Notes: generated by a model not told the origin, from the letters alone. Shown: positions 1-11,742, numbered from the whole stretch's first letter. The stretch is DNA of 63,278 nt, filler included, from Octopus bimaculoides (GCF_001194135.2; 3 parts of 3 records of this genome joined end to end with filler, not necessarily neighbours in it); one strand, 5' to 3'. Translations and numbers: made by a program.

Positions 1-346
1 CATAGGTGCCCTGGGAATGACAGCGAAACGGGCTGATTACTACCTAGCTCAGATACCAGGAAACCCCAAAATGGCTGAAGCTCAAAAGATAGTGCTCATG
101 GGAACTGCCCATATCCTACATAAAATACTGTCTATGTGATCTCAATTTTTAAAGCAAACACATAATTTTCTTATGGTTTCTTAAACATTCACTAGAACAA
201 AACTGTACAAATCCAAATATATGGTACCCTAGGCATAACACCTACATGAACTTCTAACTTGTTGTCTCTTGAGGTCTCTGAGTGAGACTTGGATCCAACT
301 TGTACAAATGCAAAACAAAAGTCAAACATAAAATAATAATAATAAT
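1..346 (+). mobile_element. 3' end of R4/Dong-like non-LTR retrotransposon (family A, copy 1), cut by window edge
   Basis: Translates IGALGMTAKRADYYLAQIPGNPKMAEAQKIVLMGTAHILHKILSM*, the typical C-terminus of RLE-type LINEs, then a 3'UTR and (AAT)n tail. About 97% identical by manual comparison to 4055-4400. Confidence 0.85.
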
Positions 347-977
347 AAGGCGGTGACCTGGCAGAATCGTTAGCACGCTGGGAGAAATGCTGAATAGCAT
401 TTCGCCCACCTGGACGTTCTGAGTTCATATTCCACCGAAGTCGACTTTGCCTTTCATCCTTTCGGGGTCGATGAAATCGACTTGTCCCCTCCCCACAAAT
501 TTCAGGCCTTGTTCCTTTAGTAAAAAGAATTATTACTGTTATTATCAATAAGGCAGTGCACTGGCAGAACCGTTAGCAACCTGGAGGAAATACTTAAAGG
601 TTTTTCGCCCGCTGTTACGTCCTGAGTTCAAATTCTGCCGAGGCTAACTTTGCTTTTCATCTTTTCGAGGTCGATAAATTAAGTACCAGTCGACCACTGG
701 GTGTTGATGTAATCGACTAGCCCTTTCCCCAAAATTTCAGGCTTTGTGCCTATAATAGAAAGGACTATTATTATTATTATTATTATCATCATCATCATCA
801 TCATCATTATCATCTTCATCATTATAAAGGCGGTGAGCTGACAGAATCGTTAGCAGGCCGGGCAAAATACTTAGCGACAATTCGTCCGCCTTTACATTCC
901 GAGATGCAATTCCGCCGAAGTCGACTTTGGATCGATAAAATAATTCATAGTTGAACACTGCGGTTGATGTAATCGAC
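347..977 (+). mobile_element. Three head-to-tail tRNA-derived SINEs (family SINE-A): 347-535, 549-770, 826-977
   Basis: Head AAGGCGGTGAGCTGGCAGAATCGTTAG (A-box-like), GAGTTCAAATTC (B-box-like), body GCCTTTCATCCTTTCGGGGTCGATAAA..AGTACCAG (resembles, from memory, the MetaSINE central domain), (ATT/ATC)n tails. More than 20 related copies in the window. Confidence 0.85.
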
Positions 978-1016
978 TTTTAGAATGTTACATTTTAAAA
1001 TGTTACATTCTAAAAG
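977..1016. repeat. 40-bp near-perfect palindrome
   Basis: CTTTTAGAATGTTACATTTT|AAAATGTTACATTCTAAAAG; 19 of 20 pairs complementary, single T-T mismatch (989/1004). Confidence 0.9.
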
Positions 1017-1348
1017 AGACAGATTTACGCTGATGATCCTGCAGATATTTACTTATGTAAATTTTAACAGGTGAAACCATGGTACGTAAATTAATCGTTT
1101 TTTAATTTAGTATTTTTTCATTTGTCTTACTCGTTTACAGTCTGTTGTGTCGCTGATTTTTCTACTGAGAACATACTTTTTCGTGGTTGGATGATTCGGC
1201 ATCTATTCCTAGCATTCAGGAATCCACATTTGCTGGTCATTCCTCTTATTCTTGTATGTAATATAATTTTAATCTTCGGACTTTTTTAATATGCTAGACC
1301 ACTGGTTTTAATTGATCAATATCAATTTCTACCCTCATTAATAAATTT

Positions 1349-1430
<82 letters not shown>
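1349..1430. repeat. (TA)n microsatellite, representative of dozens of TA/TG/CA/TACA/TAA/GAT tracts across the window
   Basis: Direct reading. Most N gaps abut such tracts, and most IY/CV/TH-rich ORFs in the track are their translations. Confidence 0.95.
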
Positions 1431-1433
<3 letters not shown>

Positions 1434-2003
1434 GTATGTTTATATGTATATGTGTGTGTGTTTGTATGTATACACCTGTGTGTGTGTGTGCATTCGGATG
1501 TATATGTGATATGGGTGTAGATATATTTGTGTGTTTACTGAACATCATATACATTCATATATATGTGAATAGTCCATGTCCCTTAAGCCATTGATTTCTA
1601 CTTTAAACTAGACTGTAATAACTCTTATAAACATTAAGTATTTTTCATGCTACATGAAATAATTTAATTTTTGAATCACTTATTATTTCAAATGTGTAAA
1701 TTATATTACAAATGTATAAATTACATTACAAATTTATGAATTATGTCGCAACTTGATTTTAAGGATGTTTACTTTCCCTCTTCCTTTCATGTGCCGATTG
1801 TTATGAACTAAGGGCATTCATTAATTAAAAACAAACGCACATATTTTCAGGTAAACATGCACTCGTGCAAGTAGACACATACACACACATACGTTTGTAA
1901 GTATATACATATATATATATTATTTTCTAATAATGCATGAATTTATCCTTCTACATATATCTATATATGTGTGTGTATGTAGTTTTTTTTATGTAATACT
2001 CAA

Positions 2004-2068
<65 letters not shown>

Positions 2069-2708
2069 NNNNNNNNNNNNNNNNNNNNNNNNNNNNNNNN
2101 NNNNNNNNNNNNNNNNNNNNNNNNNNNNNNNNNNNNNNNNNNNNNNNNNNNNNNNNNNNNNNNNNNNNNNNNNNNNNNNNNNNNNNNNNNNNNNNNNNNN
2201 NNNNNNNNNNNNNNNNNNNNNNNNNNNNNNNNNNNNNNNNNNNNNNNNNNNNNNNNNNNNNNNNNNNNNNNNNNNNNNNNNNNNNNNNNNNNNNNNNNNN
2301 NNNNNNNNNNNNNNNNNNNNNNNNNNNNNNNNNNNNNNNNNNNNNNNNNNNNNNNNNNNNNNNNNNNNNNNNNNNNNNNNNNNNNNNNNNNNNNNNNNNN
2401 NNNNNNNNNNNNNNNNNNNNNNNNNNNNNNNNNNNNNNNNNNNNNNNNNNNNNNNNNNNNNNNNNNNNNNNNNNNNNNNNNNNNNNNNNNNNNNNNNNNN
2501 NNNNNNNNNNNNNNNNNNNNNNNNNNNNNNNNNNNNNNNNNNNNNNNNNNNNNNNNNNNNNNNNNNNNNNNNNNNNNNNNNNNNNNNNNNNNNNNNNNNN
2601 NNNNNNNNNNNNNNNNNNNNNNNNNNNNNNNNNNNNNNNNNNNNNNNNNNNNNNNNNNNNNNNNNNNNNNNNNNNNNNNNNNNNNNNNNNNNNNNNNNNN
2701 NNNNNNNN

Positions 2709-2808
2709 AGAAGAAGAAGAAGAAGAAGAAGAAGAAGAAGAAGAAGAAGAAGAAGAAGAAGAAGAAGAAGAAGAAGAAGAAGAAGAAGAAGAAGAAGAAG
2801 AAGAAGAA
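2709..2808. repeat. (GAA)n microsatellite following an assembly gap
   Basis: About 33 perfect GAA units; source of the poly-E ORF. Confidence 0.95.
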
Positions 2809-3490
2809 CTAATTACATCAAATACAGAATAGACAACACATCAGAAAGTGATAAGTGCAGAATTTGTAGAGAAAATGGTGAAATCGTATGGCATATTACT
2901 AGTCAATGTTTGCCACTATCTCAGAAAGAATATAAGAGACGTCATAACAATATAGCAAGGATTGTCCATTGGAAACTTTGCAACAAGTATGGACTTGACA
3001 GAGCAAAAAAGTCCTACGAACATAAACCCGAAGGCATCATCGAAAATGATAATGCAAAGATTCTATGGAATTTTATGACTTAGTGTTACCATGAGATACA
3101 AAATAGGAAACTAGGCATAGTGTTAATTGAGAAAGAAAGCAAACGATACTGGATCATAGATATAGCATGCTCAGCTGACAACAGGGTATACGATAAACAT
3201 GACAGGTTAGTTTGGGAGGTTAAGCAGTTGTGGTCGCTGAAGAAGGTGGTAGTAGTACCAATAATTGTCGGAGCCCTGGGAACAATGAGCAAAAGTCTTG
3301 AGAAGTACAGTGAACAGATATGGGCTGCAATAAGGGTGGAGCACTTGCAGAAAGTAGCACTGCTTAGAACCACTCGAATACTCCAGATGGTGCTGGAAAA
3401 ATAAGGGGTGTTACCTTACCTTAGTTCACTGGTAGTGAACAGCTGACACGTAGCACATCTCCAGAGTTAGAAGCTGTACAAAGATAATAA
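2809..3490 (+). mobile_element. 5'-truncated R4/Dong-like LINE (family B): CCHC knuckle plus restriction-like endonuclease
   Basis: Frame reads DKCRICRENGEIVWHITSQC..EYKRRHNNIARIVHWKLC..YEHKPEGIIENDNAKILWNF..*..WIIDIAC..VVPIIVGALG..LQKVALLRTTRILQMVLEK*. One internal stop; (TAA)n tail. Confidence 0.9.
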
Positions 3491-3533
3491 AATAATAATA
3501 ATAATGATAATAATAATAATAATATTAATAATA

Positions 3534-3586
<53 letters not shown>

Positions 3587-3607
3587 AATAATAATAATAA
3601 TAATAAT

Positions 3608-3865
3608 GGCTGAAACTCTCAACTACCAACATGGGTGAAAAAGATCGGTTCTCACTCAACTATCAACATGGCTGAAAAAAGATCGGTGCAAGTGTGAAAG
3701 TAGAAAACCTACAAAAGTCAGCATTTCTTGGAACTGCAAGAATTCTTCGCAGGGTTTTTGAAGCTTGACCAGTAAACAAGTGTTGCCTTAGTCTGCTGGC
3801 TCTGGACAGCTGACACTTTCCATCATACCCAGCAAAATAAGCTGTGAGTTTTCATATAATAAAAA
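3608..3865 (+). mobile_element. Short 3' end of R4/Dong-like LINE (family C)
   Basis: QLSTWLKKIGASVKVENLQKSAFLGTARILRRVFEA*, distinct 3'UTR, (TAA)n tail to 3943. Confidence 0.8.
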
Positions 3866-3879
3866 TATTAATGATGATG

Positions 3880-3944
<65 letters not shown>

Positions 3945-3945
<1 letters not shown>

Positions 3946-4385
3946 TCGATATAAACGTATCTGTCAAGACCTACCAAAAACTGAGCAAATATAAAGATCT
4001 TGAAATAGAAATTAGCAAAATGTGGAATCTGAAAACGAAAACAATACCTATTGTCATAGGTGCCCTGGGAATGACAGCGGAACGGGCTGATTACTACCTA
4101 GCTCAGATACCAGGAAACCCCAAAATGGCTGAAGTTCAAAAGATAGTGCTCATGGGAACTGCCCATCCTACGTAAAATACTGTCTATGTGATCTCAAATT
4201 TTGAAACAAACACATAATTTTCTTATGGTTTCTTAAACATTCACTAGAACAAAACTGTACAAATCCAAATATATGGTACCCTAGGCATAACACCTATATG
4301 AACTTCTAACTTGTTGTCTCTTGGGGTCTCTGGGTGAGACTTGGATCCAACTTGTACAAATGCAAAACAAAAGTCAAACATAAAA
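3945..4385 (+). mobile_element. 3' end of R4/Dong-like LINE (family A, copy 2)
   Basis: IDINVSVKTYQKLSKYKDLEIEISKMWNLKTKTIPIVIGALG..; 2-bp deletion near the ORF end relative to copy 1; (TAA)n tail. Confidence 0.88.
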
Positions 4386-4404
4386 TAATAATAATAATAA
4401 TAAT

Positions 4405-5213
4405 GCCTGGAGAAAGGAACACTAAAAAAAGAAACCGAGAGGACTGAAGAAAGGAACACCAATAAAAAAAATTGAGAGAGAGACCGAGAATATTTTACAG
4501 GCAGCGCATGACCAACTTTGGCCACGAACCGGAAGGTCAAACTTAGGAATGAGCAAGTGTCTCTGCTGTGAGCATCTGTAATAGAGTGGATGAAGTCATG
4601 ATGCCCTAGACTTGCCCAAAACTACTACAAGTTGTGGCGACAAGATCAGGTAGCGCAGTGCTACATTGGAAACTGAAAAAATTGGGGGCTAGAAACAGGC
4701 AAGACGTGATATGAGCACAAACCGCAGAGAACGGAGGAGTTGGAGACTTGCAAATTCCTGTAGGATTTCCCAATTCAAACAGATCAGGTGCTTGAGCATA
4801 ACAGGCCAGAATTAGTGGTAGTCAACAAGATGCACCGCATGTGCTATATAGTTGATGTTGCGTGCCCCTTTGACCCGTGAATAGTCAAGAAGGAAGGCAA
4901 AAAGCTAGATAAATACGACTCACTTAAGTACGTAATGGCCCGGCTATGGAAAATGAAGAATGTGAAGAAAATGCCAATTATTTTTGGGTCCTTGGGGGCA
5001 GTATCAGAAGGCATCAAGAGGAATATAAAAGAAATTAGGATAGAGTAACCAGTGGAACTGCTACAAAAGGTCTGCCTCCTTCGCACGGCCAGAATAATCA
5101 GGAAAGTATTAGATAGCTGAAAAAAACGGATAGCATGGTAGCGTAGGCTGCAGGTAGCAAATCCCCTACGCATACAAGACTCCGGGAGTTACAACAAACC
5201 TGTGATAAAAAGA

Positions 5214-5215
<2 letters not shown>
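4405..5215 (+). mobile_element. 5'-truncated, decayed R4/Dong-like LINE (family D)
   Basis: LEKGTLKKETE..YEHKPQ..DFPIQTDQVLEHNRPELVVV..CYIVDVACPFD..KYDSLK..PIIFGSLG..LLQKVCLLRTARIIRKVLDS* (stop at 5118-5120), with internal stops; (TAA)n tail. Confidence 0.88.
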
Positions 5216-5251
<36 letters not shown>

Positions 5252-5273
5252 TGATGATGATGATGATAATGAT

Positions 5274-6070
5274 GATTTCAAAGTTTTGCACAGGCCAGCA
5301 ATTTTGGGGGAGGGTTAAGTCGATTGCATCGCCCCACCCACCCCCAATACTTAGCTGGTACTCACTACATCGACCCCGAAAGGATGAAAGGCAAAGTCAA
5401 CTTCGGAAGAATTTGAACTCAGAACATGAAGACGGACGAAATGTCGCTAAGCATTTTACCCGGCATGCAATCGATTCTGCTATAGGCACAAGGACTGACA
5501 TTATGGAGGGAATGCTTGTCAATGACATTGAACCCAGTTACTTGTTTTATCGACCTCGAAAGTTTGAAAAGCAAAATCGACCTAGGTAGAATTCGAACAC
5601 TAGACTTACAGATCGACGTATTGCCGCTAAGCATTTTGTACGCCATGCAAACGATTCTACCAGTTCGCCACTTTCATATTATTATAATCCTCTCTACAGT
5701 AGGTACAAGGCCTGAAATGATGGGGGAGGGTCTAGTTGAGTATATCGACCCCAGTGCTTGACTGGGTAATAAATTAATTTATCGGCCCCGAATGATGAAA
5801 GGCAAATTCGACCTCAGCGGCATTTGAACTCAGAACGTAAAAGCGGAGGAAATACCGTTGTTAAGCATTTTGTCCGGCGTGCTAAATTAATATTGTTATA
5901 ATAATAGTACTAATAATCTATTGGATTTCTTCATTGTACATGTAATACATCTGATTATTTCGACCCCAATGGACCCCGAAATATAAAAGGGAAAATCAAC
6001 CTCAGCGGAATTTGAAGTCAGAACGTAAAGGCAGATGAAATACGGCTTAGCACTTTGTACGGCATGCTAA
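5274..6070 (-). mobile_element. Four tandem SINE-A copies on the minus strand (about 5274-5480, 5481-5673, 5688-5886, 5960-6070)
   Basis: Reverse complement matches the 347-977 family (CGACCCCGAAAGGATGAAAGGCAAAGTC, TTTGAACTCAGAAC, CTAAGCATTTT). Confidence 0.85.
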
Positions 6071-6085
6071 ATTAATATCATAATA

Positions 6086-6342
6086 TTAGGTTGGTGCATA
6101 ATTATTGCGGCTATTTTTTTTTTCAACAAATTTTATTCTACAAAAGCAATAACAATATTTAACAAAAACATCTTTAAATGACGGTCTAACCGTCTGCCAA
6201 GCAAACGGGAAGCAGTAATTGAAATAGATGGTGAATATGCTCCGGAATAATTACTTGAGGATGTTTATGTTACATGTTGTTATTGCTTTTTGTTGAATAA
6301 AATTTGTTGAAAAAAAGGCGCAATAATTATGCACAAACCCAG
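6086..6342 (+). mobile_element. 257-bp mariner-type deletion derivative (MITE)
   Basis: TA at 6084-85 and 6343-44; about 70-bp imperfect TIRs starting TTAGGTTGGTGCATAATTATTGCG; interior retains a transposase C-terminus (RLPSKREAVIEIDGEYAPE*). Confidence 0.85.
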
Positions 6343-7356
6343 TAGTAATAATAATACTGAAAATAATTTGGATTTCTTCATTTTACATGTAATACAAGGA
6401 ATTTTTTTTAAATAACAATGTTTCTGATGTAGAACGACGAGACTCAAGAAGACGAAAAGATAGATGAGTACTAAAAATATTGGCAGAAATATGTTTTCTA
6501 TTCAGTTTATAACATTTTATTTAATTGCACATGTGTCATATGAGATGATGTCTTCCATATTGTACATGGCATAACAAAAAAAAGAAGCAAAAACTTGAAG
6601 TTGTTGTTTTTTGGTTTGTCTGTCAGCTTTTAGAAGTTGTATGTGTGTGTGAGTGTGTGTGTGTGTCTATGTGAGTATCTGTATGTTCGTATGTACGTAT
6701 TCTTATGTGTGTATGTACGTGTTTGCACGTGCTTGTATGTGAAGTGATATCTTTGCATTATAAGCATGTATGTATGATTTTGTTAAAATGTGAGCATACC
6801 TCTGCCAATGAATATGTATGTGCGTGTCTTTTTATGGGTGTGTGTTTCTTGTTTTTGTATGTGTGTGTCTGTATAACTTCATGTGATTGTATGTGCCTTT
6901 GTATGTGTGAGAGAGAGCGCGAGAGTAGGAGAGAGAGAGCGCGAGAGTAGGAGAGAGAGAGTGTGTATGTGTGTGTGTGTGTGTGTGTGTGCGCGTGCGT
7001 GCGTGTGCGTGTCTGCATATTTAAACACGTGCAGAAGAGCGTGGCCAAGAAATGATTATTTTTATACATTTACTATATTTGTAAATACCTAAGTGTGTGA
7101 AATTCATGCATGTATGCGTGTTTACATATGGCATATATGGGCTTTTCTGTGTGCCAGTTTCTGAGTGTATATGTGTGTGCAGATATGCATCTATATGCCT
7201 ATGCGTTTACATAATTATTAATAATTATGTATATATTCATGTAAGATGCTGTGAGTAGTCATACAATTGTTATGCACCGAACATATAACATTAATTTCTG
7301 TATATGTGTATCGGTGTATGCATGTATGTACAAATGTGTGTATGTATGTATGTGTA

Positions 7357-7393
<37 letters not shown>

Positions 7394-7588
7394 CTGTGTA
7401 TATATATATATATATATGTGTGTTTGTGTGAACCCATATATGATCATAAAGGCATAGATATTACCATGTATGCGCGTGTGAACGAGCATATTTACATAAA
7501 TGACTGTTCGTGTATGTAGACACAAATGCACAAGTATTATCCAGTCATGCTTTAGCCTAAGTGTGAGTGTATATATGTGTCAGTGTAT

Positions 7589-7636
<48 letters not shown>

Positions 7637-8421
7637 ATGTATGTGAGTGTGTGTGTGCTCGCGCACGCGTGTGTTGTTTGCTTTCGTACTTGCATATTAA
7701 TTCAACGCAGTCGAGCGACATTTTATGTCAAAATAATATTCATCAAGGCGGATACACTCCATTTTAAAACGATATCGCCTGAAGGAATTGCCAGACCTAT
7801 TCTAAAAATCTGTCAAATTCCATCTAAGACATTAATAAAATCCCTTGTCGAAGTGGAATTGCTGTTTGCTATGCGTCGAAAATACAAAGACGTTAATAAG
7901 ACTGATGTTAATTTTAAACTTTCACAATCCACCTCAATACAATTACTATTGGTTTTCGTGCAATATTCGTGTCGATACCCACCACCGCAATTGGTTAGGA
8001 TTCCCGATTAGTAAATTGGACAGTATGTATGTAAAAATCTCCTTACAGATTAAACTTTTATTTTGCCGTCAGCTCAAAAATTGTAATGTTAACATTGCTT
8101 TATATAATATTCAATTTATTCAAACACTCACGTTAGGGAATTGTCTTACGTAATAGAAGCAGGTTAATATTTACAAACACAAGTTTTGTCAGTTTTATTA
8201 GTTTTATACCCAAACATACACAAGGACATACGAACGTCACACAGACACACATATAAGTATGTATGTATGTATGTATGTATGTAGATTCCAATATATAATG
8301 ATATATTGATATATGTGTAAGATGCGAAGTTACGATCTTTTGGACGATGACTGATGAGGAATTAGTTATGTCTTGCATGTTAATTTTCTGTTTGTTGTGC
8401 TTCTGTTAAAATTTTGGAATG

Positions 8422-8473
<52 letters not shown>

Positions 8474-8489
8474 NNNNNNNNNNNNNNNN

Positions 8490-8529
<40 letters not shown>

Positions 8530-8920
8530 TTGCTGAGGCACAAAATACGTTCTTTTGAAACAAATTGAATATCCTATATTTTCTTTTAACTTGCTTTTTT
8601 TCTAAATGTATGAATGCTCCACTCTCAGTAACTAGAGTTAATTAAATATTTATTTATTATTTTAATTAAAATATTAATTTAAGTATTAAGCTCTTGAACA
8701 ATAAACGAAAAGGGTGAATTATTCGTATCTGTTAGTATTATATTTGCAAACAATAACTAATATAATAAACTTGCTAATTGTCACTGAGATACTTCCGAAG
8801 GAACAATAGATTACGAAGACATCTTCGCTCTCAGTAAAAAGGGTGTTCCCTTAAACGTTACAATTGTTCTTAACATTTATTAGTGAATTGCACTCCTTTT
8901 GCTCGTGAGTATGGCTGTAT

Positions 8921-9276
8921 GCGCAGGCAAGGTTGCGTGGTTAAGAAATTCGCTTTCCAACATGCGGTCTTGGGTTCAGTTCATCGGAGTGACCAATGCT
9001 TTGTGAATGAATTTGTAGACGGAAACTGTGGAAGTTTGTCACACACATGTGCGTGCGTGCGCGTGCGTGTGTGTGCACTTGTATGTGTGTGCGTGTGTTT
9101 TTGTGTATGTGTTTCCCCACCACCATCGCTTGACGACGAGTGTTGGTTCTCTTATGTTTCTGTGACTTAGAGGTTCGAACTAAGAGGTTGGTAGAATAAA
9201 TATTGGGTAAGATATGTTCGACTAAATGCTTGAAGGCGTCGATCCCGCATGGCTAAAGTCCAATGTCCGGAACAAG
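8921..9276 (+). mobile_element. CORE-like tRNA-derived SINE (family SINE-C) with internal (TG)n tract
   Basis: Head GCGCAGGCAAGGTTGCGTGGTTAAG..GGGTTCAGT, then ..GTAGACGGAAACTG, a TG microsatellite and a tail ending CCGCATGGC..GTCCAATG..AACAAG. The same tail recurs at 12410-12460 (-), 24140-24200 (+) and 57260-57305 (+). Confidence 0.7.
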
Positions 9277-9528
9277 TTGTTGGCACTCCGTCGCTTACGA
9301 CGTCGAGGGTTCCAGTTGATCCGATCAATGGAACAGCCTGCTCGTGAAATTAATGTGCAAGTGGCTGAGCACTCCACAGACCCGTGTACCCTTAACGTAG
9401 TTCTCGGGGATATTCAGCGTGACATAGTGTGACAAGGTTGACCCTTTGAATTACAGGCACAACAGAAACAGGAAGTAAGAGTGAGAGGAAGTTGTGGTGA
9501 AAGAGTACAGCAGGTTCACCACCATCCC
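9277..9528 (-). mobile_element. 3' part of a SINE (family SINE-B2), 5' end lost in gap
   Basis: 9464-9528 aligns with 16283-16345 of SINE-B (AGAAACAGGAAG..AGAGTGAGAG.AAGTTG..G.GAAAGAGTACA.CAGG); the remainder differs. Confidence 0.7.
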
Positions 9529-10081
9529 NNNNNNNNNNNNNNNNNNNNNNNNNNNNNNNNNNNNNNNNNNNNNNNNNNNNNNNNNNNNNNNNNNNNNNNN
9601 NNNNNNNNNNNNNNNNNNNNNNNNNNNNNNNNNNNNNNNNNNNNNNNNNNNNNNNNNNNNNNNNNNNNNNNNNNNNNNNNNNNNNNNNNNNNNNNNNNNN
9701 NNNNNNNNNNNNNNNNNNNNNNNNNNNNNNNNNNNNNNNNNNNNNNNNNNNNNNNNNNNNNNNNNNNNNNNNNNNNNNNNNNNNNNNNNNNNNNNNNNNN
9801 NNNNNNNNNNNNNNNNNNNNNNNNNNNNNNNNNNNNNNNNNNNNNNNNNNNNNNNNNNNNNNNNNNNNNNNNNNNNNNNNNNNNNNNNNNNNNNNNNNNN
9901 NNNNNNNNNNNNNNNNNNNNNNNNNNNNNNNNNNNNNNNNNNNNNNNNNNNNNNNNNNNNNNNNNNNNNNNNNNNNNNNNNNNNNNNNNNNNNNNNNNNN
10001 NNNNNNNNNNNNNNNNNNNNNNNNNNNNNNNNNNNNNNNNNNNNNNNNNNNNNNNNNNNNNNNNNNNNNNNNNNNNNNNNN

Positions 10082-10135
<54 letters not shown>

Positions 10136-10409
10136 CACACGATAGTCCTTATTTTCTGTCTCGCAGATCCAATCACAATCACAAGTCGACCATGGGGCTA
10201 TAGGAATAGACACTTACCCAAAGTATTGCGCAGTGAAACAAGAACCGAAGCTTCACTAATCGGTAATGTTAATTATACAGTGCCTGTCTACTCATTCATG
10301 CACTATGTCTTTATTTTAGTTCGTTCTTCTAAACATTAGTAGCTACTGAACACTTTAACCAAAACCTAACACTTTATTTTTCCATTTACATTGCTGAAAC
10401 CTCACTAAA

Positions 10410-10506
10410 TCAGCAGTCATTAGTTTTCACCGGATAACGTGCAGCAAGTTTCATTTGAAGGCTCATAACTCTTTGAAATGCTTGTCTTTTATTTAATTCT
10501 TGTTCT
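10410..10506 (-). CDS. Candidate terminal coding exon of an unidentified minus-strand gene
   Basis: Acceptor GTTGTACAATTTTCAG| at 10507; phase-2 frame EQELNKRQAFQRVMSLQMKLAARYPVKTNDC*; AATAAA (minus strand) at 10373-10378. No upstream exon or homology identified. Confidence 0.3.
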
Positions 10507-11707
10507 CTGAAAATTGTACAACCATAACAATAAATCGTCAGAAAGACTTGCATCGATACCTCAACACGAAACCTTCTTCCGAGTAACACTTTCAGCAAAT
10601 AAACAAGAACGATTCTTATGTAAGAAATATATATATATATATATATAATGAACTACAAAATGTTTGCAGAGTAATTTATATCAGAGATATTCCGTATCAG
10701 AACGGAAGAAGAAAGTTTGTTATCCATTATGCGAAAATGTAGAAACGCTTATTCTCTCTCAGGATTATCTTTAATATAACAGCATTGCTTCAGGTTTAAG
10801 TTTGTGCTCTGTTATTATGATGATTTAGTACTGTGACTAAAACCATTTGTAGATTTTAATCCATAAAAGTTATGATGAAGGTAAAATTTAGAGTTAGCAT
10901 GACACCTTTTGATTGTAAGAATCTCTGAATATAAAATAAAATTGAGTATTCTCACGTGACTAAAATCAAATAGAGTAATATGTACAGCATAGGTCTTCAA
11001 CTGTACCTTATCAATTACAAGAGAAATCTTCAATTTTCTGCTGTTCTTGACAACGACATAGATTGCGATTATATATAAGCTCCAACAACAATAACAAACT
11101 AACAGGAACAAATAAAGTCTCAGGCGATGACGAGAACTAAAATGGCTGCACCTGCACATTTGTTACATATTGCAATTTCATAACTGTTTATAGCGTCCGT
11201 CAAATATTCTTTATATTAGTACATACTGCATCCTTGAGGAACTAATTATATCCAGCGCAATTATATACATAGACATATAGTAAGTGTTTCGATATTCGCT
11301 GAGGGTGTAATATCAAATTTCTTTCCAGAATATAATTAGTAACTATCGCGTATATAATAATGCGAGAGCAAATTGTATTCAATAGTGGAATTAAAACTAG
11401 GAAGAACGATATTCTATAGAGGTGGTAATATAATTCGAGTTAGCTCCTATTCAAGAGAAGATGGAATGGAAAATTATAAACGCTCGTGCAAATATAACTT
11501 CCAGCACTTTCTTACATAAATACTTTATAAGTTCGAACAATGTATTCATTGGGCCGAATTCAGGAACTTGTTACCAGTTCCCTCTTAGAAGTTCTTTTTT
11601 TTTTTTTTTTTTTCATGACAATGTCGCTAAGTTTTCAAGCCTTCAAAACGAACGGATCAATTAACTAATCTCCTGAATGTGTTTATGTGTCTGTGCGCAT
11701 GTGTGCA

Positions 11708-11742
<35 letters not shown>

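Noticed and set aside
331-535. SINE-A as the non-autonomous partner of the Dong-like LINEs
   Set aside because: No shared 3' sequence with any of the four LINE UTRs, and the SINE tails are (ATT)n whereas the LINE tails are (AAT)n.
1348-2832. Long ORFs rich in IY, CV, TH, E or X (here and throughout the track)
   Set aside because: Translations of microsatellites and N gaps, not genes.
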